A stretch of DNA of 64,000 bases. It comes from an uncultured Actinomycetes bacterium (lineage in GTDB: Bacteria > Actinomycetota > Actinomycetes > Streptosporangiales > Streptosporangiaceae). Positions 27,129 to 36,716 of the stretch are shown in pieces. A program made the position numbers and the translations under genes. Each line of letters starts with the position of its first letter. Within the stretch, counting starts at the first letter, position 1. The stretch covers positions 36,312-100,311 of the forward strand of contig CAWBNK010000028.1 in the NCBI GenBank assembly GCA_963790065.1, read 5' to 3'. The notes beneath the pieces were generated by a model. It saw only the letters and a list, made by a program, of their open reading frames with translations, made no database searches and was not told where the DNA came from.

Positions 27129-28256
27129 ATGAAACCAACAAGACGGTTCGCGGCTGGCCTGGCCGCGGTCATCACCACCACCGCCGGGTTGCTGGCCGGC
27201 ACCACCCTGATGGCGGGCAGCGCCAGCGCGGGAGGATTCCCGGCGTTTGTCGGCCCGCTGCACAAGACGAGCGTGATCGCGTCCACGGTGCCGGGCAACG
27301 GCGACGTCAACCCGTACGGCGTGTTCGTCGTCCCGCGCAGCACCGGCGACCTGTTCCAGGGCAACGTCCTGGTCAGCAACTTCAACAACAAGGCGAACGT
27401 GCAGGGCACGGGGACCACGATCGTCGAGGTCACCCCGTCCGGTCACCAGTGGGTGTTCGCCAGCATCAACCGCAACCTGCGCGGCTGCCCGGGCGGCGTC
27501 GGCCTGACCACCGCGCTGACCGTGCTGCGCAGCGGCTGGGTGATCGTCGGCTCGCTGCCCACCAGGAACGGCAACGTCTCCGGCGCTGGCTGCCTGATCG
27601 TGCTTGACCAGTGGGGCCACGTCCGGGAGACCTTCCACGGCCACGGCATCAACGGGCCCTGGGACATGGGCAGCCTGGACCTGGGCAACCAGGCCGTGCT
27701 GTTCGTCACCAACGTCCTGAACGGCACGGTCAAGGCCAACGGCAAGACCGTCTTCGGGGGCACGGTGCTGCGGCTCGTCATCAAGATCCCGCACTTCGGG
27801 CTGCCGTTCATCTGGTTCAACACCACGATCGGTTCCGGCTTCCCCGAGGCGCTGAACTCCGCTGCCCTGGTCGTCGGACCCACCGGGGTCGGCCTGGGCC
27901 GTAACGGCGTCCTGTACGTGGCCGACACGCTGACCAACAGGATCGCCGCCATCCCGGACGCGCTATTCCGCTCGTTCAGTGCCGGGACCGGCTTCACCGT
28001 CACCCGGGGCGGCCACCTGAACAACCCGCTCGGCCTGGTCATCGCGCCCGGCGGTGACATCCTGACCGTCAACGCCGGCGACGGGAACCTGGTCGAGGTC
28101 ACCCCGTTCGGGGCTCAGATCGCCGTCCGCCAGCTGGACAGCTCAGGTTCCCCGCCTGGGTCCGGTGCGCTGTTCGGCCTGGCCGTTAAGCCCGGCCACG
28201 ATGCCGTCTACTACGTCGACGACGCCACCAACACGCTCAACCTGCTGCACCACTAG
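27129..28256 (+). CDS. Secreted beta-propeller (NHL-repeat-like) protein with a Tat-type signal peptide
   Basis: ATG at 27129 after GGAAGGAAG. MKPTRRFAAGLAAVITTTAGLLAGTTLMAGSASA has a twin-arginine TRRF. Repeated GxxxVxDxxNxxI / GDILTVNAGDGNLVEV blades follow. Confidence 0.7.
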   Translation: MKPTRRFAAGLAAVITTTAGLLAGTTLMAGSASAGGFPAFVGPLHKTSVIASTVPGNGDVNPYGVFVVPRSTGDLFQGNVLVSNFNNKANVQGTGTTIVEVTPSGHQWVFASINRNLRGCPGGVGLTTALTVLRSGWVIVGSLPTRNGNVSGAGCLIVLDQWGHVRETFHGHGINGPWDMGSLDLGNQAVLFVTNVLNGTVKANGKTVFGGTVLRLVIKIPHFGLPFIWFNTTIGSGFPEALNSAALVVGPTGVGLGRNGVLYVADTLTNRIAAIPDALFRSFSAGTGFTVTRGGHLNNPLGLVIAPGGDILTVNAGDGNLVEVTPFGAQIAVRQLDSSGSPPGSGALFGLAVKPGHDAVYYVDDATNTLNLLHH

Positions 28257-29315
28257 CTAGAGCGCGACACCGATCAGGACGGGTTCCGGGGTGAGCGACA
28301 CGCCGAACGTGTGGCTCACCCCGTCCCTGATCTCCCTGGCCAGCGCGATCAGCCCGGCGGTGCTGGCCGAGCCGGAGTTGACCAGGGCCAGGGTGTGCTT
28401 GGCCGAGATGCGGGCGCCGTCGCTCGGGCCGTCGCTGGGCCCGTAGCCCTTGCCGTAGCCGGCCCGCTCGATCAGCCAGGCGGCCGGGACCTTCACCAGC
28501 CCGTCCCCGGCGTCGAACCGGGGCACCCGGACCTCCGGGCCGTACCTGGCCCGCGCCGCGGTCTCGACGGCGGCCAGCGCGGCTGCGTCAAGCACCGGGT
28601 TGACGAAGAACGAGCCCACGCTGCGGCTGTCCGGGTCGGCCGGGTCGATGACCATGCCCTTGCGCTGCCTGAGCTGGATCACGGCCGAACGGGCCTCGGT
28701 GCCGGGCACCCGGTCCCCGACCTCGACGCCGAGCGCGTCGGCTAGCTCGGGGTAGCGGACCGGCGCCGACAGCGGCCCCACGGCGAGCCGGAACGTCACG
28801 CCCAGCACGATCAGGCGGTGCGTCTCATCCCGTTTGAACATGCTGGTGCGGTACCCGAAGCCGCACGATTCGTTCGGTAGATAAAGGGTCTCCTTGGTCA
28901 GCCGGTCGTAGACCCGCACTCCGGTGATGACCCGGGAGACCTCCTGGCCGTAGGCGCCGACGTTCTGGATCGGGGTCGCGCCGGCGCGGCCGGGGATGCC
29001 GGACAGACACTCCAGGCCGGCCAGGCCCTCGGCCAGGGTCCTGGCCACCACCTCGTCCCAGTCCTCGCCGGCCGCGACGGTGACCGTGCCCGGCTCGCCG
29101 TCGCGGGCCAGGCCCCGGGTCGCCACCTGGACGACGGTGCCGTCGAAGCCGGCGTCGGCGATGACCAGGTTGCTGCCGCCGCCCAGGATCAGCACCGGCT
29201 CGCCGCTGGCGTCGGCGGTGGCCACGGCGTCGATCAGCTCATCGTCGGTGCCGGCCCGGATGAAGGCGCGGGCCGGGCCGCCCAGGCCGATAGTGGTGAG
29301 GTCGGACAGGTTCAC
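28257..29315 (-). CDS. murB: UDP-N-acetylenolpyruvoylglucosamine reductase
   Basis: The GTG at 29315 (VNLSDLTTIGLGGPARAF...) overlaps the hadB-like stop (GTGA). Contains LILGGGSNLV, GIPGRAGATPIQNVGAYGQEV and SVGSFFVNP. 352 aa. Confidence 0.92.
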   Translation of the reverse strand: MNLSDLTTIGLGGPARAFIRAGTDDELIDAVATADASGEPVLILGGGSNLVIADAGFDGTVVQVATRGLARDGEPGTVTVAAGEDWDEVVARTLAEGLAGLECLSGIPGRAGATPIQNVGAYGQEVSRVITGVRVYDRLTKETLYLPNESCGFGYRTSMFKRDETHRLIVLGVTFRLAVGPLSAPVRYPELADALGVEVGDRVPGTEARSAVIQLRQRKGMVIDPADPDSRSVGSFFVNPVLDAAALAAVETAARARYGPEVRVPRFDAGDGLVKVPAAWLIERAGYGKGYGPSDGPSDGARISAKHTLALVNSGSASTAGLIALAREIRDGVSHTFGVSLTPEPVLIGVAL

Positions 29316-29734
29316 AGCTGGATGACGGCGCGGGCCCGGGTCAGCACCTTGGTCCCCTCGGACCGGGCGGTGACGTCGACCGCCACCCGGCGGCCGTCGA
29401 GCTTCTCGGTCACCGTGCCGGTGACCTCGACCGTGGCGCCCTTGTCGTCGTCGTGGACCACGACCGGGGCGGAGAACCGGACGCCGTACTCGGCCACCGC
29501 TCCCGGGTCGCCGGCCCACTCGGTGAGGAACCGGCCCGCGAGGGCCATGGTGAGCATGCCGTGCGCGATCACGTCGGGCAGGCCGACCGACTTGGCGATG
29601 CGCTCGTTCCAGTGGATGACGTTGAAGTCGCCGGAGGCCCCGGCGTAGCGCACCAGGTCACGCCGGGTCACCTGGTACTGCCGGGGCGCGATCTCGGTCC
29701 CGGCCTGGATGTCGTCGTAGCTGGGGCTGCCCAT
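29312..29734 (-). CDS. hadB: MaoC-like (3R)-hydroxyacyl-ACP/CoA dehydratase, HadB-type catalytic subunit
   Basis: 140 aa: LVRYAGASGDFNVIHWNERIAKSVGLPDVIAHGMLTMA (hydratase-2 motif). Confidence 0.85.
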   Translation of the reverse strand: MGSPSYDDIQAGTEIAPRQYQVTRRDLVRYAGASGDFNVIHWNERIAKSVGLPDVIAHGMLTMALAGRFLTEWAGDPGAVAEYGVRFSAPVVVHDDDKGATVEVTGTVTEKLDGRRVAVDVTARSEGTKVLTRARAVIQL

Positions 29735-29755
29735 CGCCGTGCCCTCTTCCTGGCC

Positions 29756-30199
29756 CTAGGCGCCGCGTTCGACGAGCACCGACCGGGCGGTGCACACGTG
29801 CTCGCCGCCGGTGGTGCTGATCTGGGTGACGGTGGTCAGCGTGGTCATGCTGCCGATCGACCTGATGGACTCGATGGTGGACTGCGAGGTCACGACGTCG
29901 CCGGCGTGCAGCGGGCGGGCGTGGCTGAAGCTCTGCTCGCCGTGCACGATCATGGCGTAGTTCACGCCCAGGTCCGGGTCGTGCGTGACCCGGGCGCTGT
30001 TGGCCGCGCTGACCACGATGGCGAAGGTGGGCGGGGCGATCACGTCCGGGTAGCCGGCCACCTGGGCCGCCGCCTGGTCCCGGCACAGCGGGCTGGGCTC
30101 GCCGATCGCGTCGGCGAACTCGGCGATCTTGACCCGGCTGACCTCGTACGGCTCAGACGGCTCGAAGGTCCGCCCGATGTAGTCGGTGTTGATCGCCAC
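29756..30199 (-). CDS. hadA: MaoC-like dehydratase, HadA-type subunit
   Basis: GTG at 30199 gives VAINTDYIGRTFEPSEPYEVSRVKIAEFADAIGE..., 5 nt after the rpmG stop. The order rpmG-hadA-hadB matches mycobacteria. Confidence 0.8.
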   Translation of the reverse strand: MAINTDYIGRTFEPSEPYEVSRVKIAEFADAIGEPSPLCRDQAAAQVAGYPDVIAPPTFAIVVSAANSARVTHDPDLGVNYAMIVHGEQSFSHARPLHAGDVVTSQSTIESIRSIGSMTTLTTVTQISTTGGEHVCTARSVLVERGA

Positions 30200-30204
30200 G
30201 TGGG

Positions 30205-30369
30205 CTATCGGGTCTCGCGGTGGGCCCGGTGGCAGCGGCACCACGGGCAGTACTTCTTCAGCTCGAGCCGGTCCGGGTCGTTACGCCGGTTCTTCCTGGT
30301 GATGTAGTTCCGGCGCTTGCATTCCTGGCAAGCCAGCGTGATCTTCGGCCGGACGTCGGTGGCAGCCAC
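30205..30369 (-). CDS. rpmG: 50S ribosomal protein L33
   Basis: Too short for the ORF track. GTG at 30369 gives [54 protein letters not shown] (54 aa, CxxC...CxxC zinc ribbon). Confidence 0.93.
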   Translation of the reverse strand: MAATDVRPKITLACQECKRRNYITRKNRRNDPDRLELKKYCPWCRCHRAHRETR

Positions 30370-30410
30370 GGTGCAGCGCCTTTCTCATCTTCAAGGGGAC
30401 TGACAAAGTG

Positions 30411-30484
30411 TAGCGGAGGCCGGACTTGAACCGGCGACACAGCGATTATGAGCCGCTTGCTCTGCCTGTCTGAGCTACTCCGCC
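30411..30484 (-). tRNA. metT: tRNA with CAT anticodon (elongator tRNA-Met; tRNA-Ile2 not excluded)
   Basis: Minus strand GGCGGAGTAGCTCAGACAGGCAGAGCAAGCGGCTCATAATCGCTGTGTCGCCGGTTCAAGTCCGGCCTCCGCTA. The anticodon stem lacks the three G-C pairs of initiators. Its position upstream of rpmG matches metT in mycobacteria. Confidence 0.85.
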
Positions 30485-30584
30485 ATTGCTAACCCAGAAA
30501 GGTTACCCGATCTTCGGGCGCTGAGCTCAACGGAAAACGTCAGGCCGGCCGTTTTGACCGGCCTCGGCCGGGCCGGGCAAGATC

Positions 30585-32918
30585 GTGACCGTGAGCATTC
30601 TCGGTACCAGGGTCATACGGACCGAAGACCCCCGCTTCCTGACCACCGGCGGCGTATACACCGACGACCTGGCTCTGCCGGGCGCGTGTTACGTGCACTT
30701 CGTGCGTTCGGCGGTGGCGCACGCGCGGATCACCGCGGTCGACGTCAGCGCCGCGCTCGAGGCCCCCGGCGTGATCGCCGCGTTCACCGGCGCGGACCTG
30801 GCCGACCTGGACGACCTGGCCCCGTCCATGGGGGGCATGATCAACGCGCAGATGATCCAGCAGCCGCTGGCCCGGGACGTGGTGCGGTTCGTGGGCGAAC
30901 CGGTGGCCGTGGTGGTGACCGAGGCCCGCTACCAGGGCGAGGACGCCGTCGATCTGGTCGACGTCGACTACGACCTGCTGCCGCCGGTGGTCGAGATGAC
31001 CGACGCGGCCGCCGATGGTTCGACGGTGCTATTCCCGGCCGCGGGCAGCAACGTGGCGGCTACGTTCGGCGACCGCGCGGCGCTGAAGGCCGACCTGTTC
31101 GACGGGTGCGAGGTGGTCGTGTCCCGCACCATTCTTAACCAGCGGGTCGCCCCCGCGCCGATGGAGACCCGGGCCGCGCAGGCGCAGTGGGGCCCGGGCG
31201 GCAGGCTGACCGCGTGGATCCCCAACCAGGGCGCGCAGGGCACCCGGGCCAGCCTGGCCAAGATGCTCGGCATCGACCGGGATCAGCTGCGGATCATCAC
31301 CCCCGATGTCGGCGGCGCGTTCGGGGCCAAGTTCGGGGCCGACCCGGAGCACGCCCTGGTGTGCTGGGTGGCCAGGCGGCTGGGCCGGCCCGCCCGCTGG
31401 TCCGAGACCAGGAACGAGAACCTGCTCGGGATGACGCACGGCCGGGCGCAGCGGCAGACGGTCACCATCGGCGGCCGCCGGGACGGCACGGTGGAGGCCT
31501 ACCGGCTGGAGGTGCTGCAGGATTGCGGGGCGTACCCGAGGATCGGCGCGTTCCTGCCCGCGCTGACCATCTTGATGTGCCCCGGACCGTACGCGATCGG
31601 CCGGGCCGAGGCGGTGGCCACGTCGGTGGTGACGAACACCACGCCGGTGGGCGCCTACCGGGGCGCGGGGCGGCCCGAGGCCACCGCCGCGGTGGAGCGC
31701 GCCCTGGACCTGTTCGCGGCCGAGACCGGGGTGGACCCGGCCGAGGTGCGGCGCAAGAACCTGCTGCCCAAGTTCACCGACCCGCACACCACGGCGTTCG
31801 GCGCGGTGTACGACAGCGGCGACTACGCCACCGCGCTTTCAGCGGTGCTGGACGCGGCCGGCTACGCGGATCTGCGCGAGGAGCAGGCCAAGCGGCGGGC
31901 CAGCGGGGACGTGGTCCAGCTAGGCATCGGCCTGTCCTGCTACGTGGAGATCACCGGCGCCGGCGGGGAGGCGGGCGGTCCCCAGGAGAACGCCACCGTC
32001 GAGGTGCACCCGGACGGCAGCGCCACCATCTTGACCGGGACCTCGCCGCACGGCCAGGGCCATTCCACGGTGTGGGCCATGCTGGCCAGCGACGAGCTGG
32101 GCATCCCGATCGACAAGATCACCGTGAAGTGGGGTGACACCGACCTGATCCCCGAGGGCGGCGGCACCGGCGGGTCCCGCAGCCTGCAGCTGGGCGGCGC
32201 GGCCGTGCAGCAGGCGTCCCAGGAGCTGATCGACGTGGCTCGCGAGCGCGCGGCTGCCTCGCTCGAGGTCAGCCCGGCCGACCTGGTCTACGACACCGCG
32301 CTGGCCGGGTTCGCGGTGGCCGGCGACCCGGACATCTCGGTGTCGCTGGCGCAGCTGGCCTCCTCGGAGCAGCTGCTGGTGCGCGCGGTGTTCGGCGCGC
32401 CTGGCGCCACGTTCCCGTTCGGGGCGCACGTGGCCGTGACCGAGGTGGACACCGAGACCGGCAAGACGGTGCTGCGCCGGATCGTGGCCGTCGACGACGC
32501 GGGCACGGTGATCAACCCGCTGCTGGCCGAGGGCCAGCGGCACGGCGGCATCGCCCAGGGCGCGGCGCAGGCCTTCCTGGAGGAAGTCGTCTACGATGCG
32601 GACGGCAACCCGCTGACCTCGAGCTTCGCCGACTACGCGTTCCTGACCGCGACCGAGGTGCCCAGCTTCGAGCTGGCCGAGATGGCCACGCCGACCTCTT
32701 ACAACCCGCTCGGGGCCAAGGGCATCGGCGAGGCCGGCACGATCGGGTCCACCCCGGCCGTGCAGAACGCGATCATCGACGCGCTGGCCCACCTCGGCGT
32801 CAGGCACATCGACATGCCCGCCACGCCGCAGCGCGTCTGGGAGGCGCTGCGCGCGGCCGGCGCGGCCGGGGCGGTCGGGGCGGTCGGGGCGGGCGGGGCT
32901 TCCGGGGCGGTCGGCTAG
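30585..32918 (+). CDS. Molybdopterin-binding xanthine dehydrogenase / CoxL-family large subunit
   Basis: 777 aa: [70 protein letters not shown]. Confidence 0.85.
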   Translation: MTVSILGTRVIRTEDPRFLTTGGVYTDDLALPGACYVHFVRSAVAHARITAVDVSAALEAPGVIAAFTGADLADLDDLAPSMGGMINAQMIQQPLARDVVRFVGEPVAVVVTEARYQGEDAVDLVDVDYDLLPPVVEMTDAAADGSTVLFPAAGSNVAATFGDRAALKADLFDGCEVVVSRTILNQRVAPAPMETRAAQAQWGPGGRLTAWIPNQGAQGTRASLAKMLGIDRDQLRIITPDVGGAFGAKFGADPEHALVCWVARRLGRPARWSETRNENLLGMTHGRAQRQTVTIGGRRDGTVEAYRLEVLQDCGAYPRIGAFLPALTILMCPGPYAIGRAEAVATSVVTNTTPVGAYRGAGRPEATAAVERALDLFAAETGVDPAEVRRKNLLPKFTDPHTTAFGAVYDSGDYATALSAVLDAAGYADLREEQAKRRASGDVVQLGIGLSCYVEITGAGGEAGGPQENATVEVHPDGSATILTGTSPHGQGHSTVWAMLASDELGIPIDKITVKWGDTDLIPEGGGTGGSRSLQLGGAAVQQASQELIDVARERAAASLEVSPADLVYDTALAGFAVAGDPDISVSLAQLASSEQLLVRAVFGAPGATFPFGAHVAVTEVDTETGKTVLRRIVAVDDAGTVINPLLAEGQRHGGIAQGAAQAFLEEVVYDADGNPLTSSFADYAFLTATEVPSFELAEMATPTSYNPLGAKGIGEAGTIGSTPAVQNAIIDALAHLGVRHIDMPATPQRVWEALRAAGAAGAVGAVGAGGASGAVG

Positions 32919-34307
32919 CCGGGCCTGCGGGGGTCGGCTGCTGGGGTGGTCTTGGGCGGGGTGACGGCGAGCCAGTGGGTGACCGTCACCGGGCGGGCCG
33001 GGTCGGTCAGGGTACGGACGTGGTCCAGGTTGTCCTGGTCCCGCTTGGTTACCCGCTCGTGCTGGCGGAGGTGCTCGTCCCAGGACGCGACGACGAACTG
33101 CTCCAGGATCCGGCTGCTGTCGCTGGCGTCCCGCCAGGCCCGCCAGGAGGTCGCGCCGGTGCGCCGTCGGCCGTTTCTCGTGCGTCGCAGGGCGGCCATC
33201 AGCTCGTCCTGGCCGCCGGGGCGGGCCCAGTACTCGACGGTGACCAGCACCGGGCCCTCCGGGGCCTGATCGGTGGTCAGCTGCGGTGCGGGCCAGTCGC
33301 CCGCCGGGAGCAGCTCCGCGGGTGGTATGGACTTGAAGCGCCAGCGGAGGGCGGATGTAGGCCAGCAGCAGGTCCACCACCGCCATGCCGAGCGACCCGA
33401 CCGTGAGCAGGACGTCCGGGGACAGCCGGTCCCGCAGCCGGGGCAGCAGGGCGGCGCCGGCCACGGCGCCGATCCCGACGCTGCCCAGCAGCAGCCCGTA
33501 GCCGCCCGAGCCCAGATGCAGCGCGGACTGGGCGGTCAGCGGCAGCAGCGCCCAGATGGCGCTGGCGAAGAAGATGAACAACCCGGCCCGGGCCAGGATC
33601 ACCCGCAGCACCGGGCTGGCGGCGACGAACCGGCCGCCGGCCCGGACGGCCTCGCCGACGTGCTCCCGCGGCAGCGCGTCCGGGGTGCGGCTGGAGTGCC
33701 ACATGATGAGCACCCCGATCACGGCGGCGAAGCTGGCCGCATTGATCAGGAAGACAGCGCCGGCGCTGCTGGCGGCCAGGATGACGCCGCCGATGGCCGG
33801 GCCCACGGCCCGGGCCAGGTTCTGGTTCACCGAGCCGAGCGAGATGGCCTGGGTCCGTTCGGCCGGGGTAACCAGTTCCGGCTGCAGGGTCTGCCAGGTG
33901 GGCGAGGTCAGCGCCTGCCCGGTACCGACCGCGAAGATCAGCGCGAGCAGCACCCAGGGCGTGACCAGGCCGGCGATGGCCAGCGCGCCCAGCGCGGCTG
34001 CCGCGACCAGCATGAACGTCTGGGTGATGAGCAGGAAATGCCGCCGGTCCACCAGGTCGCCGATGGTTCCGGCCAGGATGGCGAACAGCACCACGGGCAG
34101 CCCCGCGGCGGTCTGCACCAGCGCGACGTAGGCCGCCGAGCCGGTCAGGGTCAGCATCAGCCACTGGGCGGCCACGGTCTGCATCCAGCCGCCGATGTTG
34201 GACACGAACTGGGCGCCCCACATGGCCGCGAACTGGCGGTGCCGGAACGGCGCCCATGCCGATGCCGCGGGGGCGGGCTCAGTCAGGGCAGGCTGCGCGG
34301 GCGGCAC
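32915..34307 (-). pseudogene. MFS_3 (EntS-like) transporter with a C-terminal ABM-like domain, interrupted by an internal deletion plus frameshift
   Basis: The upstream frame carries FRHRQFAAMWGAQFVSNIGGWMQ... through about 9 TM segments and ends at LLAYIRPP (~33350). The +1 frame then continues LRWRFKSIPPAELLPAGDWPAPQ...VLVTVEYWARPGG...FVVASWDEHLRQHERVT (ORF 32915..33250). TM10-12 (~100 aa) are missing. The start (GTG 34307) is approximate. Confidence 0.5.
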
Positions 34308-34482
34308 GGAGCCAGAGCCTACGCCCGGCCGTCCGGACCCCGGTAGCCCGAACGGACCGTTTCCGCCGTCGACTCGGCCAGGCGCGTGCGGGCCACTGGT
34401 GCGAAGCCAGGCGCGTCGGCCCTGTGTACGGGACCTTTCCCGGCGGTCGTACGATGTGCGGACAGCAAGAGGAGGTACGGCG

Positions 34483-35316
34483 ATGACCAGCGGCGAGCCA
34501 TCCGGGATCCGGTCCGCGGCGGCCCGTGTCCCGGCCCGCTTCGACGCCAGCATGGCCCATCCGGCCCGGGTCTACGACTACTGGCTGGGCGGCAAGGACA
34601 ACTTCGAGGCGGACCGGATCGCGGGCGAGGCGACCATCGCGGCCTATCCGGCCATCCGTGCGTCGGCACGGGCGAACCGGGCCTTCCTGGCCCGCACCGT
34701 CCGGTACCTGGCCGCCGACCAGGGCATCCGCCAGTTCCTGGACATCGGCACCGGGCTGCCGACCGTCAGCAATACCCACCAGGTGGCCCAGGACGTGGCG
34801 GCGGACAGCCGGATCGTCTATGTCGACAACGACCCGCTGGTCCTGTCGCACGCCCGCGCGCTGCTCACCAGCACCCCCGAGGGCGTGACCGCCTACCTCG
34901 ACGCCGACCTGCGGGATACGGACGCCATCCTGGCCGAGGCGGCCGAGACCCTGGACTTCGGCCAGCCGGTCGCGATCATGCTGCTGGCCATCCTGCACTA
35001 CATCCCGGACCTGGACGAGGCCGAGCAGATCGTGGCCCGGCTGACCAGCGCGGTGCCCGCGGGCAGCTTCCTGGCCATCTCGCACGCGGCCAGCGACATC
35101 TCCCCCGATGAGATGGCCGAGATGATCCGGCGGATGAACGAGCACCTAGCCGAGGGCAACCACGTCGGACGGCCGCGCGAGGTAGTGGCCCGGTTCTTCA
35201 CCGGCCTGGACCTGGTCGACCCGGGGGTGGTGAAGGTCACGCAGTGGCGCCCCGCATCGGATATAGAGGCCGCGGGACCGACGTCGCTGTGGGGCGGCGT
35301 CGCGCGCAAGCCATGA
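34483..35316 (+). CDS. SAM-dependent methyltransferase (DUF574 / Methyltransf_19-like)
   Basis: ATG at 34483 after AGAGGAGG. Contains AHPARVYDYWLGGKDNFEADR and FLDIGTGLPT (SAM motif I), then VYVDNDPLV. Confidence 0.8.
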   Translation: MTSGEPSGIRSAAARVPARFDASMAHPARVYDYWLGGKDNFEADRIAGEATIAAYPAIRASARANRAFLARTVRYLAADQGIRQFLDIGTGLPTVSNTHQVAQDVAADSRIVYVDNDPLVLSHARALLTSTPEGVTAYLDADLRDTDAILAEAAETLDFGQPVAIMLLAILHYIPDLDEAEQIVARLTSAVPAGSFLAISHAASDISPDEMAEMIRRMNEHLAEGNHVGRPREVVARFFTGLDLVDPGVVKVTQWRPASDIEAAGPTSLWGGVARKP

Positions 35317-35663
35317 AGTACATGCTGATGATCTGGGTCGACGAGACGGGCGAGTCGACCGCGGACGAGGACGCGGCGATGCTGATCGCGGTCAAGTCCT
35401 GGGTGGAGAAGCTGACCGAGCAGGGCGTCCGGCTGACCGGCGGCCCGCTTCGGTCAGTCGCCGAGGGCCGGATCGTCCGGATCAGGGACGACGAGCTGCT
35501 CGTGTCGGACGGCCCCTTCGCCGAGACCAAGGAGCAGATCGGCGGCTACGACGTGATCGAGTGCCCCGACCTGGACACGGCGATCCAGGTCGCCGCCGGG
35601 CATCCGCTGGCCCGGACGGCCAGCGTCGAGGTGCGGCCGTTCTGGTCCGCCCCCTGGGACTAG
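35313..35663 (+). CDS. YCII-related (DGPF) domain protein
   Basis: The ATG at 35313 overlaps the methyltransferase stop (ATGA). MKYMLMIW...DGPFAETKEQIGGYDVIECPDLDTAIQVAAGHP. Confidence 0.8.
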   Translation: MKYMLMIWVDETGESTADEDAAMLIAVKSWVEKLTEQGVRLTGGPLRSVAEGRIVRIRDDELLVSDGPFAETKEQIGGYDVIECPDLDTAIQVAAGHPLARTASVEVRPFWSAPWD

Positions 35664-35849
35664 CAAGTGCCCAGCGGACAACGTTCGCCCCGGAAATCGA
35701 GCCGCGGAGCCAGTTGCCTATTACCGGTGCGATGGACCACCGGACCGGCTAGCTCGAGCAAGTAGCGGATACCGGCATCGTCCGTTTCTGGCGCTCTCGC
35801 CCCGTCGGGCTGTTCTGTCACCGCCAGCAACAGGCGCGGAAGGGGCGCT

Positions 35850-35912
35850 CAACGACGTCGTTGTCACAACGACGCGCACCCAACGACATCGTTGTCACAA
35901 CCACGTCGTTGC
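35850..35912. repeat. Direct repeat of a ~25-bp unit containing an AACGAC(G/A)TCGTT palindrome
   Basis: CAACGACGTCGTTGTCACAACGACG at 35850-35874 and CAACGACATCGTTGTCACAACCACG at 35881-35905, followed by a third half-unit TCGTTG. Confidence 0.85.
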
Positions 35913-35984
35913 CGTCGAACCCAGGCCACGCCTCAGCATCATCCGCCTCACAGGCAGCGGGTCCGGCCCGCAACTCGCCGGCCC

Positions 35985-36258
35985 GATGGACCATGGGTGC
36001 GGGTCTTGTGAGGTGACAGCCCGGCGGCCAGGCCTGGAACCTCGGTCGTTGCTCCCGCCCCAGCCGCCGCGCCCCCGGCCTCGGGGCCCGTGCCATGTCC
36101 ATGATCGCGGGCAGTTTGAGCTAAATACCGACCGAAACTGCCCGAGATAATGAGGCCAGCCCATTTCGGGCGTGATCATGATGGACCGCCGCTGCGGCGC
36201 GGCCGTCGGCAGGCGCAGCCTCACTCCACCAGAGCCGCACCCCATGGTCCATCGTCCC
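35985..36258. repeat. MITE-like long palindromic element, copy A
   Basis: Terminal inverted repeats CGATGGACCATGGGTGCGG / CCGCACCCCATGGTCCATCG. Central hairpin CATGATCGCGGGCAGTTTGAGCTAAATACCGACCGAAACTGCCCGAGATAATG. Alignable along its length with 52188-52444 (many matching blocks read by eye). Confidence 0.8.
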
Positions 36259-36716
36259 GGTCCGCGAGGCGGTGCCGCGGGCCGGATAGCGGCCGGACGG
36301 GGCCCGGCGGCGGGGCAAACGTCACCTGCGGCAGCACTAGCCCAAGGATCGTGGGCACTTACTGCCCGTATGAGGTAAGCAACGGCCCGCGTTAAGTGGA
36401 TCATCAACAGTGGCCCGCTGAGGTCCATGAGCCCGCGGAGGTCCATTAGGGGGATTCCCGTCCGACGTCTTGGTGACAGATACCGGCGAGAACGCGGGAC
36501 GTGATCAACGTGAGGTCTTACTCACTGAACCTGCTGTATCAAGTCGAACGGCGCCCGACCGAGGCCGAGCGGCGGCAGGCCGACCTCGAGCTCGGCCTGA
36601 TGGCGGCGCGGGTGTCGAGCCGGTGGCGGCGGGTCACCCGGCCGGTGCGCGCGCTGCGCGCAAGCCGGGCCCGGCCTTCGCGCGTGGCCCGCGGCCCGCA
36701 ATGACACAATCGGCTG

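Noticed and set aside
30540-30566. Hairpin AGGCCGG-N9-CCGGCCT between tRNA-Met and coxL, considered as a terminator
   Set aside because: It lies upstream of both divergent genes, so nothing is transcribed into it that would need terminating. The stem is short and there is no U-tract.
31920-34553. 877-aa minus-strand ORF
   Set aside because: It is a composite. Only the ~34307-33350 part encodes a credible MFS sequence. The remainder is frameshifted nonsense that stays open while running antisense through coxL.
36501-36704. 67-aa ORF (VINVRSYSLNLLYQVERRPTEAERRQADLELGLMAARV...)
   Set aside because: It has no clear RBS, its C-terminal half is Arg-rich and low-complexity, and no motif was recognised. 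I kept it only as a note inside the non-coding-region finding.
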